64,000 bases of DNA from Mobula hypostoma. Lineage: Eukaryota. The position numbers and the translations under genes were made by a program. The DNA lies in assembly GCF_963921235.1 (NCBI RefSeq), contig NC_086097.1, positions 27,096,001 to 27,160,000 on the forward strand, given 5' to 3'. Below, one piece after another: positions 50,170 through 64,000 of the stretch; position 1 is the stretch's first letter, and each line of letters starts with the position of its first letter. Under the pieces are notes generated by a model that saw only the letters and a program-made list of their open reading frames with translations, made no database searches and had not been told where the DNA came from.

Positions 50170-50464
50170 CTGTAAAAGGAGAGAAAATCAGTTAGTCACA
50201 TCTATGAATGTAGCAGAACAAAGTGTTACAAATGCCAAAAGCAACTCCTAGACTTTTACTTAGTATGTAGAACAGTACCGACCCTTCAGCCCACGAAGTT
50301 GTGAAAATGTTTAACTTACTCTAAGATCCATCTACCCCTTCCCTCCCACACAGCCCTCCATATCTCTTTCATCCATTAGCCTCTTAAATGTCCTTAATGT
50401 ACCTACCTCCATCAGCATGTTCCACACACCCATGTACAGAAAATTACTTCTGACATCCCCCTAC

Positions 50465-51210
50465 AACACACACAAAATGCTGGAGGAACTCAGCAGGCCA
50501 GAAAGCATCTATAGAAAAAAGTACAGTCGATATTTCGGGCCGAAACCCTTCGGCGGGACTGGAGAGAAAAGCTGACGAGTGAATCTGAAAGGTGGGGGGG
50601 GGGGGTAGGGGAGAGAGAAATGCCAGGTAATAGGTGAAACCTGGAGGGGGTGGGATGAAGTGAAGAGCTGGGAAGTTGATTGGTGAAAGAGACTGAAGGC
50701 CATGGAACAAAGAAAAAAAAGGCGGGGGGAGCGAGGGAGAAGGAACACCAGAGGCAGACTATGTACGGGCGAGGAGATAACATGAGAGAGGGACAAGGGG
50801 ATGGGAAACAGTGATGGGGGGGGGGAGGCATTACTGGAAGTTTGAGAAATCAATTTTCATGCCATCAACTTGAAGCCTACCCAAACGGAATACAAGGTGT
50901 TGTTCCTCCAGCCGAAGTATGGCCTTATCCCGACAGTGGAGGAGGCCATGGATGGACATATCGGAATGGGAGTGGCAAGTGGAATTAAAATGGATGGCCA
51001 CTGGAGGATCCTGCTTGCTCTGGTGGACGGAGCATAGACGCTCAGTGAAGCCATCTCCCAATCTACGTCAGGTCTCATCAATATACAAGAAGCCTAACAC
51101 AGTATATGACCCCCAACAGACTCACAGGTGAAGTGTCACTTCACCTGGAAGGACTGTTTGGGGCCCTGAATGGAAGTGAGGGAGGTGTAGGGGCAGATGT
51201 AACACCTGTT
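50465..51210 (-). mobile_element. Penelope-like element fragment (GIY-YIG C-terminus and terminal repeat)
   Basis: LYIDET*RRLGDGFTE, PVAIHFNS, RLEEQHLVFRLGRLQVDGMKIDFSNF. Same family at about 70-465, 15010-15535 and 59025-59425. Confidence 0.8.
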
Positions 51211-54154
51211 CGGCTATCCCCCTCATCCTTTACTCCAGTCACCTTAAAATTATGCCCCCTCATATTAGCCATTTCCACTCTGGGAAATAAGCCTCTGGCT
51301 ATCCACTCGATCATTATGGTTTTCCAATGGCACCTCATGCAAAAGAGGAATCCAACACTGATCATATGGGTTTCATCTGGGTGTTTCCTTCCACAGTCCA
51401 AAGACATACGTGATTGTGTTTTAATTCATCGCAGGCTTGTTCAGCTGGAAGGGCCTGTCACTGTGCTGTATCTCTAAATAATTAACTAATTAAAAAAATA
51501 TATACCGAGGAGGAGGGTTGAAGGATATTTCGATTGGCTGAGGGATGATGTATACAGATATACAAGCAGCAGATGGAACACACTGTAGAGAAGTGTATGG
51601 TCATATTCTTTGGTATAAAGAATAAAGGCATCAGCTATCTTCTATATGAGGACCAAATTCAGAAATCAGAGGTGCAAACAAACTTGCGACCTCTCGTGTA
51701 GCATTCCCCAAAGGTTATCTTGCAGGTTGTGTTGGTGTGAAGGAAGGCAATTGCAATGTTAGCATTCATTTTGAAAGGACGAGAGTATAAGAGCAAGGAT
51801 GTCATGCTGAGGCTTTATAAGGCACTGGTCAGATCGCACTTGGGAGTGTTGTGAGCAGATTTGAGCCCCATATTTGGTATCGGAGAAGGTCCAGAGGAGG
51901 TCCATGAGAATTATCCTGGGAATGAAAAGTTTAATGCATGAGGAGCATTTGCTGGCTTCAGGCCTGTACTGACTGGAGTTTAGAAGAATGAAAGGGGGAT
52001 CTTGTTGAAACTTATAGAACATTGAAAAGCCTAGGCAGAGTGGTGGATATTTCCAATAATGGGCGAGTCTAGGCAAAGATTCAGAACACAAGGACGTCCC
52101 TTCAGAACAGAGATAAGGAGGAATTTCTTTAGCCAGAGCGTGGTGAACCTATGGAATTTATTGCCACAGATGCTGGAGGAGGCCAGGTTATTAGACCCAT
52201 TTAAAGCGGAGGTTGATAGGTTCTTGATTATTAAGGGCATCAAAAGCTACAGGAGAAGGCAGGAGACTGGGGTTGAGAGGGATAATAAATCAGCCACGAT
52301 GGCATGGCAGAGCAGACTAGATGAGCTGAATGGCCTAATGCTGCTCCTTTGTCTTATAGTCTGGTGCAATGAGCAGAGCCATTACGTTTGGCATGGATAA
52401 GGTGGGTCCATTGTTTTTGCCGTATGTTTATTAACATTGTGGATAAATTTGACATAAACAGCTCAAAAAGTTCCAGTGTCATGCAAACAATATCAGATTA
52501 GCCTTCTGTCAGACACAACTCCACTGACTTCAATGGGATTGAAAATCTGGATGGGTAGAGGTAGGTGATACATCCAGTGGGGTAAATTATCATTAACCCT
52601 TTCATATCCCTACTTAAAGACATCAACCTTCACTGCTCTAGGGAAAAAATCCCCAGCCTGTTCATTCATTGCACACTGATCTAACTTCAGCTCCAGCATC
52701 ACTCTGTCTCTACCTTCTGCAGAGTGCCTAGATTTATTTATCATCAAAGCATACAGTGAAATGTGTCATTTGTCTTAACAACCAACACACCCAAGGATGT
52801 GCTGGGGACAGCCCGCAAGTGTTGCCACACATTCTGATGCCAACATGGCATGCCTACTATACCACAATGACAGGAGCTAGAAGAGCCTATGGTGCTCTTG
52901 ATGACACGAGATGGTGGATGCAGGGACAAGCAGCAAGAAACAAACTGCTTGAGAAACTCAGTAGGTCGAGCAGCACCTGTGGGGAGAGGTGAGGTGGGAT
53001 TGCCAACACTTCAGATCAAGACCCTTTATCAGGTCTGAGATCAGAGAGGAGTGATAAGCGGTATAAAGAACCCTATCCATACTAGCTATCTTTCATCTCC
53101 ACTCTCAGACCTGATGTTAGCTCTCAACCCAAAATGGTGACGATTCTTTCCTCACTCCACCCCCTCCCTTGGTGCTCGAGTCATAGAATTGTAAAGCAGA
53201 CACAGACCCTTCTGCCCACCTGGTCTATGCCAACCAAGGTGCACCATCCCAGCTAGTCATTTTTGCTAGCATTTGGCCCGTAACCTTCTAAACCTTTCCT
53301 ATTCATGTATCTGACCAACCGACTTTAACCAAGTTGTTAATGTACCTGGCTCAACCACTCTCCTCGAGTCACTCATTCCGTATACATACCATCCTCTGGA
53401 CTTTTTAAAAAAAGTTGTTCCTCAAGATCTTACTGAATTTTTCCTCTTCCACCTTAAATATATGCCCTCTAGTTCTTGATTCCTCAACCACGGGAAAAAG
53501 ACTGTGTGCGGTCAATCCATTTATAGCCCTCATGATTTATTAAGATCACCTCTTAATAAAGTCATTGCCTGACCAACCTCTTTGTATAACTCAGTTCCTG
53601 AGTTGCAAATCTGAGACACCAGAGATTCTGCAGATGCGGGAAATCTTGAGCAACACACACAAAATGTTGGGGGAACCCAGAGGCTGAGGCAGACTCTATG
53701 GAAGGACAATAGTCGACATTTCAAGCCAAGACCTTCCTTCAGGACTTTGCAATTCTTTGCTGCACTCTTTCCAGTTTAAAGTTAAAGAGTAGCTTTACTT
53801 GTCACACATACATTAAAGCAGACAGTGAAATGCATTGCTTTGCATCAATGACCAACACAGTCTGAGGATTGTGATCAGGGAAGCCCCCAAGCATGGCCAC
53901 AGCTCACTAACCCTAACCTTAACTATATGTCTTTGGAATGTGGGAGGAAACCAGAATCCTTAGAGAAAACCCACGTGATCACGAGGAGAACGTACAAACT
54001 CATTACAGTCAGTGATGGGAATGGAGTCCCAATCGGTGATCACAGGGCACCATAAAGCGATTGCGTTAACCGCTGTGATACCGTGCCACCCATCTTAAAC
54101 GTTTCCTGTAGTAGAGTAACCGAAACTGCTGAGTTCATTTGTATCCCACCTTAC

Positions 54155-54560
54155 CCAGCATAGCTTCTTCTGTATCAGGAAGTGCAGGATGAGACACGAG
54201 GGTACCATCCAGGACAGCGGCCAGAGTGCTCAGGCATTTGCCGTAGATGCCATTGACCTTGGAGGTCGAATAGGTGCTGAATTGACTCTGGCAGAACACG
54301 AGATACCTCTGCCATAGAGTGGTGTTGTTCGGGTGAAGAAAGACCACTTTCTTCCATTCATTCACCAGATCAGACGGCTCCCAAGATTCTTTACAGAGCT
54401 CCAGCCGGGCTACCTTCAGCTCCGCGTGGTTGGGGTTACTCTCGATAGCTCGCTCCAAAATGGCCAGCTTCTTCTCCAAGGTAATCTGGTGCGATCTCTT
54501 CCTCTTCTCAGATTCTGCGGCAGCTACGGTGAACGGACTTGGACCTTGCATTAACTCATC
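54155..54560 (-). CDS. NRDE2: NRDE2 coding exon (DELMQ...EEAML)
   Basis: EKKLAILERAIESN, FLHPNNTTLWQRYL, CQSQFSTYS, YGKCLSTL motifs. cttcAG acceptor, G|GTAAGG donor; 406 nt, phase 0 to 1. Confidence 0.96.
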
Positions 54561-57500
54561 CTGAAGGAGGGAGGGAAGGGAGGAAACCTCGTGAGGAGAT
54601 TCAGCAATGACACAGCACACTGTCCAATGTATGCCTTAGACACAGAAAACACGGAGAGACCATTCAGTTGCAATTTGATCAGCACACTCTAACTTGCATT
54701 TTCCATGATACTGAAAGGTCACCGTGGCAATAATCCTTTCCTTTCCAGTCCTGAAGGGTCTCAGCTCAAAATGTTATTCCTCTCCATAGATACTGCCTGA
54801 CCTGCTCAGTTCCTCCAGCAATTTGCGTGTGTGTTGCCATGGCAGTAATCTCACAAAGATTACACTGATGGAACAGTACTGCATGGAACCCATCCTTCAG
54901 CTCACTATGTCTGTACTGACCATGTAGTAAAATTAAACTAAGGCTATCTGCCTGCACATAATCTTTATCCTTCCGTTCCCTGCACATTCAAGTACCTTTC
55001 CAAATTCCTCTTAAACATAACTATCCCGTGTGCTTCAATCACACTCTGGCACTATGTTCCAACACCTACCAATCTGTGTAAAAAAAACTTGCCCTGCACA
55101 TCTCCTTTAAAAACTTTCCCTCTCTCACCTTACACCTATGCCCTCTAGTTTACAACATTTCCACCCTACCTGTGCATCTCATAATCACATAAACATCTAC
55201 CAGGTCCTCCCTCAGCCTCCAGTCCGCCACAGAAAACAAGATTACCTAACCTTTCCTTCTAACTGATTAGCGTTTAAGCCTTTCCTTTTATTGCAACTAT
55301 TTATTATCATTTGGGGACGTGTTCTTCTGTACAATAACCCTTTCTGTTATTCAAGAGCCACATGCTTCCCTGGAGGCCCCTCACCTCACCAATTGCTTCT
55401 TGCCTTAGAACACAGAACACTACAGCACAGTAAAGGGCATTCAGCCCCCAATATTGTGACGACCTTTTAACCTGCTTTGAGATCAACCTAGCTCTTCCCT
55501 CCTACACAGCCCTCTATTTTTCTATCATCCATGTGCCTACCTAAAAGTTTCTAACTTGCCCCTTATCACCACCTTCACTCACCCCCTTCCTCTCACATCC
55601 ACCCTATACTTTCCAATAATCACCTTAAAATTATGCCCCCATTATTAGTCATTAATATCCTGCAAAAAAAAGTCTGAGGTTATCCCCTTTATCTATGCAT
55701 CTTATCATCTGGTTCATCTCTATCAAGTCTCTTCTCATCCTTCTTCCCTCTAAAGAGAAAACCCGTAGCTTGCTCAACCTTTCCTCATAAGTCATCCTCT
55801 CTAATCTAGACAGTATCCTGGTAAATCTTCTCTACACCTTCTCTAAAGCTTCCACAATCTTCCTATAAAGAGGTGACCATAACCAAGCACAATATTTCAA
55901 ATGTGGTCTAACTAGGGTTTCTGTAGAGCTGCAACATTAGCTCGTGGCTCTTGAACTCAATCCCCCGACTAACGAAAGCCAACACACCATATGCCTTAAC
56001 AACCCTATCAACTTACACAGCAACTTTGAGGGATCTATGGATGTGGACCCCAAGATGCCTCTATTCCTTCACACTGCTAAAAATCCTAACGTTAACTGCC
56101 TTCAATTCAACCTTCCAAAAGGAATCACTTCACACTCATTCTTGCCTTCTGGAAAGTGTTGTGGAAGATGCAGAAAGGCGAGGGTTAAAATGGAGTGCTG
56201 ACAGAACAGAGTGCAGACCGTGGGCAGTATCAAGCTGAGCAAAAACCTTTGAGAGCCGAATTCCCCTTTGTATATGCTTTTCATATGGAAAGTTCTAAAT
56301 AAAGTACATACCTGTATATGTCACCATATACAACCCTAAGACTCATTTTCTCATGGGCATTCACAGTAAATACAAGGAGCACAACAGAATCAACGAAAGA
56401 CCACACCCAATGGAACAACCAATTTGCAAAAAAAAAACAGACTGCAAATACACAAAGAAAAAGAGAAATAATAATAATAAAACATATTGAGAACATGTGA
56501 TGAAGTGTTGAGGGGTAATAACTGTTCCTGAAGCTAGTGGTGTGGGTCCTGAGGCTCCTGTACCTTCTTCCTGGTGGCAGAAGCGAGAAGAGAGCATGGC
56601 CTGGATGGTGGGGGTTCTTGATCAAGATGATAAACTGACAGAGACAGTATGCAGACACGGTGCAGTCACCCAGGCAGAAGGTGGCCCTTGAAAGCCAAAT
56701 TCTCCTTTGTGTAGCCTGGGAACCAAGATCAGCAGGCAGACCAAGACAAGAAAAAGATGCAAGCAAGGGATTGTAGGGCAACATTTTACTACTGGCAATT
56801 ATTTTACTAATTCTCAAGTATTACTGGCCTTTAACATGGAGATTTAATTGATTAACATTCAAAATACGTATTATGATTGATTCTTAAATATGCAAATAAT
56901 GCGATTCAGAAGTGCACTAAGTTTCTACGGGATCAATATCTGTATCCAATTAGTCAATTTCTGTATAAAAATGGCACTCCTCTATTCAAACTTCAGAAGA
57001 GCTTGGTGATAGAGGTCGGGCTGTTCTCCTTGTGCACAAGTGAATGAAGTGTTTCTGGTTTAAGATGCAGCTGGTGAAGCCCAGCTGCAAACGAAACAGA
57101 GAATACATCTAAGTACCTTATTAATAACACTTTCTCCTGGTAAAACGTATGGTAAACAACCACCGCAAACAATGGAGAGGTGGATGGAGGCAAGGAAGAA
57201 TCGAGGGTCGAAGTGAGTGGCAACGAGGCTGGGTCAAGGCAAGCAGAGGTGAGGAAGAGTCGAGACCCATCCACCTAAATCGAGCATGAGAAAAGGCCCA
57301 AGGTTTGATTGATCAAAGCGCCCAGCCCATTTGGAAAGGTCAGGTATGGGCCGAAATGTGGCAGCAGAGCACGTCAAAGCGACAGGGCCCGGGTCTTAGA
57401 ATGTGAAACAAGTGAAACGCTGGGCCAGATTGAAAAGGCAGGGTGTTGGGACCAGAGGCGAAGATCGGGCTGGTTCTGCTCGCTGCTCCATGCCGTTTAC

Positions 57501-60500
57501 TCGGCTCCGCACTGAACTGAGGCTGTGGCCAGCTCAGGCTGCTCTGTGTCTGTAGACTCACTTTCATTCTGAATGCTATTTGCTTACCTTTATGCTTTGC
57601 ATGTTTTTTTTTTGTCTCTGTACTTTGGGCGTTTTGGGTGTTTGGTGGTTTTTTTTTAAATGATTTCTTTTGGGTTTCTATATTTTATGGCTACCTGTAA
57701 GGAAACAAATCTCAAGATTGTACAATGTATACATACTTTGATAACAAATGTACTTTGAAATTTGTGATTGAGGAACAAGTGTGAGCTGTGAGAGTAGTTA
57801 ATCGGCAAAGACAATGGGGGAAAGAGTGCAAGTAACTGAGCCAATGACCTATTCGGCAAGGAGATCACAGAATGTGCACTAATAACCGTCTGCTCAAGGG
57901 CGAAGTATACTTCTTCCCGCAATGTTATAAATGTATAAAGGAATACAACTGGGCAAAGTCCTTGAGATGGGTTGATATATTTATCATTTTGATTCTGAAG
58001 GAGCATTCTTGCAGCTTAAGGCCAGATCTGGAGCATTCTGTTTTGATGCAGTCAATCTAAACTGCTTGTGTTCTTGCAGATGAAGCCAAAGGCAAGAAGC
58101 CAGAGACACTAGAATGATTTCTCCCCTCGGCCCCAACGTGCCTGGAAAGTGAAGCTCCTGCTTCAGCGCGGGGATAACTCTTAGAATTCTACAAAGTTGC
58201 TGTCTCCAGTAGCTAAGTCAGCATAGAGCTCCTCCTGCATTTTGTGTGTGTTGCTTGGATTTCCCGCATCTGCAGACTTTCTCTTACTTGTGAGCTAAAT
58301 CATGTTGCTCCAACCTTTGTATCTGTTGGATTGAGGTGCAGAATTGTTATTTTTCTTGTAGTATAACTTTCCTATGCTTGCTTGTATTTTCTAGCTGGCA
58401 CCAAATCAGATCGACTGCAGGAAAGTGGCAAGGGCGGATGCGGCTGATCGACCGCACAGTGAGCCAACTGGACTTGCTATGCACGGAGGTTTTTCTCTTT
58501 TCACACATGCTTTTCAGTGCACGTCTTTCATCTCAGCGGGCCCAGATCCTCACACCCACGCTGTAAGTTGCTCTGTGTGTAGGTTACTAATATGACTCAG
58601 TAAAAATGTTTAATCACACTACTCCATTGTCAATCTTGCTCCATGCATACGTAACATAAATGATCATCTATATCCGTGTAACACACACCAAATGCTGGAG
58701 GAACTCAGCAGGCCACGCAGCGTTGATGGAAAAAAAGTACAGTTGACATTACAGTTTTCTCGGCCCAAAACGTCGACTCCCTATGCACCACCATCAGGAC
58801 TCAGTGTACTTCCTATTATTCAAACACATTCTTACAAGGATTACCCCTCAATACTAATGATCAGTTAGATACAGAGGGAATCTATATTTACTGAGAAGTG
58901 CCTTTATTGGGTCAGCTAACAATCCATGAACTTACACAGCTAAATAACCGTCTGCACACCCACTAGTTTTCCCTGACACGCCATGAACCGTCAAAGGAGA
59001 GAAAAGGTAATATCTGGGAAAAGGTTAAACACAAGAAAATCTGCAGATGCTGGAAATCCACAGCAACGCACACAAAACGCTAGAACTCAGCAGGCCCAGC
59101 AGCATCCACGGAAAAGAGTAAACAGCCAACGTTTCATGCTGACACCCTTCTTCAAGACTGAAAAGGAAGGGGGAGGATGCCTGAATTAAGAGGAGGGGGA
59201 GGGAAAGAGGCTAGCTGGAAGACGATAGGTGACGCCAGGTGGGTGGAAAAGGTCAAAGGCAGGAGAAGAAAGAATCGGATAGGAGAGGAGAGTGGACCAT
59301 AGGAGAAAGGGAAGGAGGAGGCAGGTGAGAAGAAGTAAAAGGTTAGAGTGGGGAATAAAGAAGGGGGGCTTGTTAATTGAAAGGAGAAATCAATACTCGT
59401 GCCATCAGGTTGGAGGGTACTTAAACAGATTATCATGCTGACCAGTTGTTTTCCTTGATCCTGATCTAATCTCCACATTTTTGATGTGGAGTCATCCACT
59501 TTTGCGACTGTTGGTATCCACAGAGCTGTCACTAACTGTACTTCTGAAATTCTCCACTCTTATTCATTTCTTTATAAGATCAATCTATGTGGTTTCAGTT
59601 TCCTTGGCTCTAGGTCATCTGACTGACCTGTGTCAGCTTCTCATTGGAAGTGGCCCAAGACTACAAACAGTATTGCTTTATGGCTCTCACTTCAGCCTTG
59701 TACCTTAGGCCAGTTCTTTCATTCTGTCCAACTCAAACCAGCCTAACCAGGTCAGCCAAACACTGGGCCCAAATGACCAGATCACAGACTGTTCCTTCTA
59801 CATAATAACAGCTTCTTATTTGAGAATGGTCTCAAGTTTAGCAGATCATTAGCAGGAACTCCTTGTGTCCACGTTTAACTGCTCTCATTAAGTTATCCTA
59901 GAGCAAGAATCAGTTCACCAAACAATTCACAAAATGGTGGCTGCAAGGACAGTTTCAGAAAATGGCCACCTCCATTCCTGTAATCACATAGCAAGAACAG
60001 CGACTTTTGCTCTGTATGTTTCCAAGGCCTTGTTGCATTTCTGTTCTTTAATTTATAGATCGTAGTTCATTCTGGCCATCACAATGATATCCCTAATTCA
60101 TTCCAACATCTCAACTGTTCTCTTAAGAACAGCAGTGTCCCCGGAAATATTACCGGGTTAACTTTCTGTTACAACCAGTCATGGGGCCATTGTCGACTGC
60201 CCAGGATTTTCAACAGATCGAGGTTTAAGCTCACGGGTACAGACCCGGTGCCAGATATAAAGCAAATTTATGAAGCTGAGATAGTCTGCAGAGGTACTAC
60301 AATGTTTAACTAGCATTGAGATGAGCACAAGAAACACCATGGCATGGAAGGGTATGAGGTGAGTGCTGGAAAATATGATCCAAGTTGCTAGGTGTGAATA
60401 TCACCAATAGTCTATCTTGGTCCAACCATAAGGAGCAATTTCTTTAGTCAGAGGTTGATGAATCTGTGGAATTCACTGCCACAGACGACTGTGGAGACCA

Positions 60501-61589
60501 AGTCATTGGGTATATTTAAAGCGGAGGTTAATTGATACTTGATCAGTGAGTGCATCAAAGATTATTGGGAGAAGGCAGAAAAATGGGATGAGAGGGATAA
60601 TAAGTAAATTAGTCATGATGGAATAGCAGAACAGACTCGATGGGCCAAATGGCCTAATTCCACTTCTGTGTCTTATGATTTTATGTTGATGTCATGGCCA
60701 AAAAAGCTCACCAACGCCTCTACTTCCCCAGAAGGCTAAAGAAATTCGACATGTCCCTGTCAACCATTACCAATTTTTCATCACTGCACCTGTTTGGATA
60801 CATAACAGCTCGGTATGGCAACTGCTCTGCCTGTGACCGCAAGAAACTGTAGAGAGCTGTGAACACAGCTCAGCACATCACAGGAACCAGCCTCCCCTCC
60901 ATGGACTCTGTCTGACTTCTCAATTCCTCAGTAAAGAAGACAGCAAAATCAAAGACCCTACCCACGTCGGCCATTCTTTCTTCTCTCCCCTCCCTTCAGA
61001 CAGTACGTACAAAAGGTTAAAAGCACATACCATCAGGCTCAAGGACAGCTTCCATCCCACTGTTATGACTTATGAATGGACCTTGTGTATACTACAATAG
61101 ACTCTTGGCCTCACGATTTACCTTGTTATGATCTTGCACTTCATTGTTTATCTGTACTGCACTTACAGAAGCCTGAAGGCACACACTCAGCGAATCAGGA
61201 ACAGCTTCTTCCCCTCCACCATCCGATTTCTAAATGGACATTCAACCTATGAACACTACCTCACTTTTTTCAGATTTTAATTTAACTATTTAATGTACAA
61301 TTATAGTAAGTGTTTGATTTATTTTTTCTATATTTACCATATATTGCATTGTACTGCTGCCACTAAGTTAACAAATTCCACGACATGCGTCGATGATATT
61401 AAACCTGATTCTGATTCTCAGCAGCTTTTGCATTTTATCTCAATGCACTGTGTAATGATTTGTAATGCAAGACAAGCTTCTCACTGTATCTTGGTACACA
61501 TGATAATCATAAACCAATACCCATAGTACTTGTTGGCAATTAGACATGTACATGTTCATCTGGAAGGTCTTTTACTATGCTGTACCCAC

Positions 61590-62058
61590 CTGAAAATGAA
61601 CAAATTCTATCCAGGTTTGGATATTACTGGGGTCCTCTCTCAACAACTTGTTGTATCGTTCCACTTTGGCCATCATGGCAGAATTTATCCTCCTATTGCT
61701 GTCCATGGGCGCACAGGTCTCCTGCTCCAGCTGGCCCTTCCCTTGTAGCCACAGCGTGGTGGAAGCATCGTAAATCCCAAGTGGATTGACCGAGGTGATG
61801 GCCCCTGAGAGCGTACTGTCACTCTCTTCCCAATCTGGAACAGGAATAAAAGACGCTGGAGCAACACAAGATTGACCTTGTAAACCATCTTCACGGTAAA
61901 CAGGGACTGTGTCAGTGCTTAGGAGCTGAAGGCTGGACGGGCTGTAATATCGATCCTCCTTCTTCTTGATCTTTTTCTTCTGTTGGTTTGAATCTTCCCA
62001 AGTAATCCACTGCTTTTTGGGATCAAGACCAATGCAGACATCCCCCTTCCTCTTGTAT
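61590..62058 (-). CDS. NRDE2: NRDE2 coding exon (first in window; RYKRKGD...IEFVHFQ)
   Basis: Translation YKRKGDVCIGLDPKKQ...NPLGIYDASTTLWLQG...KVERYNKLLREDPSNIQTWIEFVHFQ matches recalled vertebrate NRDE2. Acceptor tattacAG at 62060-62059, donor CAG|GTGGGT; 469 nt, phase 2 to 0. Confidence 0.95.
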
Positions 62059-64000
62059 CTGTAATACACAACCACCATGTTTAACTATTTATTGATGAGC
62101 AAGTCTAATATACAAGTCCTGAATACAACAAGCAGTCCTGATGAACGGTTTTGGCAAAACACTGCCTGTTTATTCCCCTACGTAGATTCTGCCTGACATG
62201 CAGAATTCCTCCAGTATTTTGTGTATTCCATAGCCTTGTGCGTTCCCTCACCCATCAGCAGATCTCTGCACTAGCCTATTTCTCTGAATTGATAAAATCT
62301 CCAGTGTGCACCACTGTATCATTAGCAACCATGCCTCAGACCACAAGACTGTAAGACACAGGAGAATTAGGCCCTTTGTTCCATCAAGTTTGCTCTGCTC
62401 ATGGCTGATTTATTTTCTCTCTCAACCCCATATTCCTGCCTTCTCCCCATAATCATTGTAGGCCTTACTGATCAAGAACCACTTTAATTATCCACAATGA
62501 CCTGGTCTCCACAGCTGTGTGTGGCAATGAATTCCACAGATTCGGCACCTTCTGGCTAAAGAAATCCTTCATCATCTCTATTCTGAAGGGACATTCTTCT
62601 ATTCTGAGACTGTCCCCTCTGGTCCAACACTCTCCCACTATTGGAAACATCTGCTGCACATCTAGTCTAAGTCTTTCAATATTCAGTAGGTTTCAATGAG
62701 ATCTCCCCTCATTCTTCTAAACTCCAGCAAGTACAGGCCCAGAGTCATCAAATGCTCCTCATATATCAACACTTCCATGGCCAGGATCATTTTCATAAAC
62801 ATTTTCTGGACCCTTTATCTATCTGGACTCATAATTTTGGAATTCCCTTTCTATAACTCTTTCCAGGATGCTCCTTAAAAGAACTAGATAATCTTACAGG
62901 AGTCAATGTTGAATCTAATTTGATTCTGCTGTTAAATTCCGTGGGGAATTTTACAGTATTAAAGGCTCGAGTTACTGGGCAGTCACTGTGGTGTCTATTA
63001 CAGATTTTCTGTCAGCATGGTCATTTACTGGGGTAAAGGTCACAGGGATGGATGGGGGAGATGGGGAGGGAGGTTTGGCAGCAGTTATACTGAATGCACA
63101 GGCTCCATGAAAGGAAATATACCGATTCAAAGTTAACACGATAACATGGATCAAATTGTCAGTCGAGAAAAAGATAAAGATCTAAAGATTAGATTTACTT
63201 GTCCACCAAAACACACAGTGAAATGCACTGATGACGTCAATGACCTATACAGTCAAGGCTGGACTGGGGGCAGCCTGCAAGTATCGCGAAGCTTCTGGTG
63301 CCAACACAGAATGCTCACAACTTACTAACCCTAATCTGTATGTCTTTGGGGCGCGAGAGTTAACAGAGCACCCATGCGGTCACAGGGAGAATGTACAAAC
63401 TCCTTACACACGGTGGTGGAATTGAAGCACAGGACTCGATACACAATGTTAAGCTAGCTGCTATGCTGCTGGAAAAGCCTATTTTTCAATAAATCACTGA
63501 ATTCTACAGTGCAGGAGACTGCTCAATTTAACATGTCTGTTCCAGCTTTGGCCTTGAAAGATTAACAAATTTGTCTAACACCTCCTCTTTTTTTCATTAC
63601 ACCAATTCTTCCCTTTGAAGAATGTATCCACGTCCATTTTAACAGTAATCTATAAATTATCTTCCACCACCCATTCCATAAATACATTCCAGTTAATCAG
63701 TAGTCATTCTCCTTGAAGTAATGAAGGTTTCAAAGATCTAATAGAGGTGTTCAATATTGTAGTCTGAGAAGCAAAAGTCATACATTGAGAGCGATGGGTA
63801 ATAGATGAAGAGGTGGGATGTGGGTGAGAGAACATGGGGGAAAATATTTTGTTGTACACAGACAGTGGTTTTGATCTGGATCATCACCTGTTACTGAAAC
63901 ATTAAGTCAATCTCTTTCACGAAAAGGAACTGGAAGCAGAATAATTTGTAGAAATGCAGACATGGATTCAATGGGCCAAGTGACCACCTCTTATGCCACA

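Noticed and set aside
62059..64000. Further upstream NRDE2 exons
   Set aside because: The expected DKKPDPANWEYKSLY-like sequence was not found. The region is CR1/SINE fragments, so the 5' exons lie outside the window.
1..64000. CRISPR arrays, operons or other prokaryotic/viral systems
   Set aside because: No regularly spaced repeat-spacer arrays or dense ORFs. The recurring motifs are dispersed eukaryotic retroelement ends.

Overview
Repeat-dense vertebrate genomic DNA. The CR1, V-SINE, Rex1 and Penelope repertoire suggests a cartilaginous fish, probably a ray (inference). It is not prokaryotic. The main gene is NRDE2 on the minus strand: ten coding exons from 62058 down to the stop at 11169, all with GT-AG boundaries and consistent phases (2950 nt, about 982 aa), plus an AATAAA at 10767-10772. 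Its 5' exons lie beyond the window. About 1.9 kb downstream on the same strand is a second gene I cannot name. It has a signal-peptide exon (8894-8822), a probable short linker exon (3829-3767) and a phase 1-1 exon (2509-2339) encoding an 8-cysteine module, so it is apparently a secreted or extracellular protein. Introns and intergenic DNA hold CR1 and Rex1/Babar LINEs (several nested, with visible target-site duplications), tRNA-derived SINEs, Tc1 and mariner non-autonomous elements, an RTE LINE fragment and a solo LTR. Many Penelope-like termini carry decayed minimal hammerhead-ribozyme motifs. Family names come from recalled motifs, not database searches, and boundaries of old repeats are approximate.
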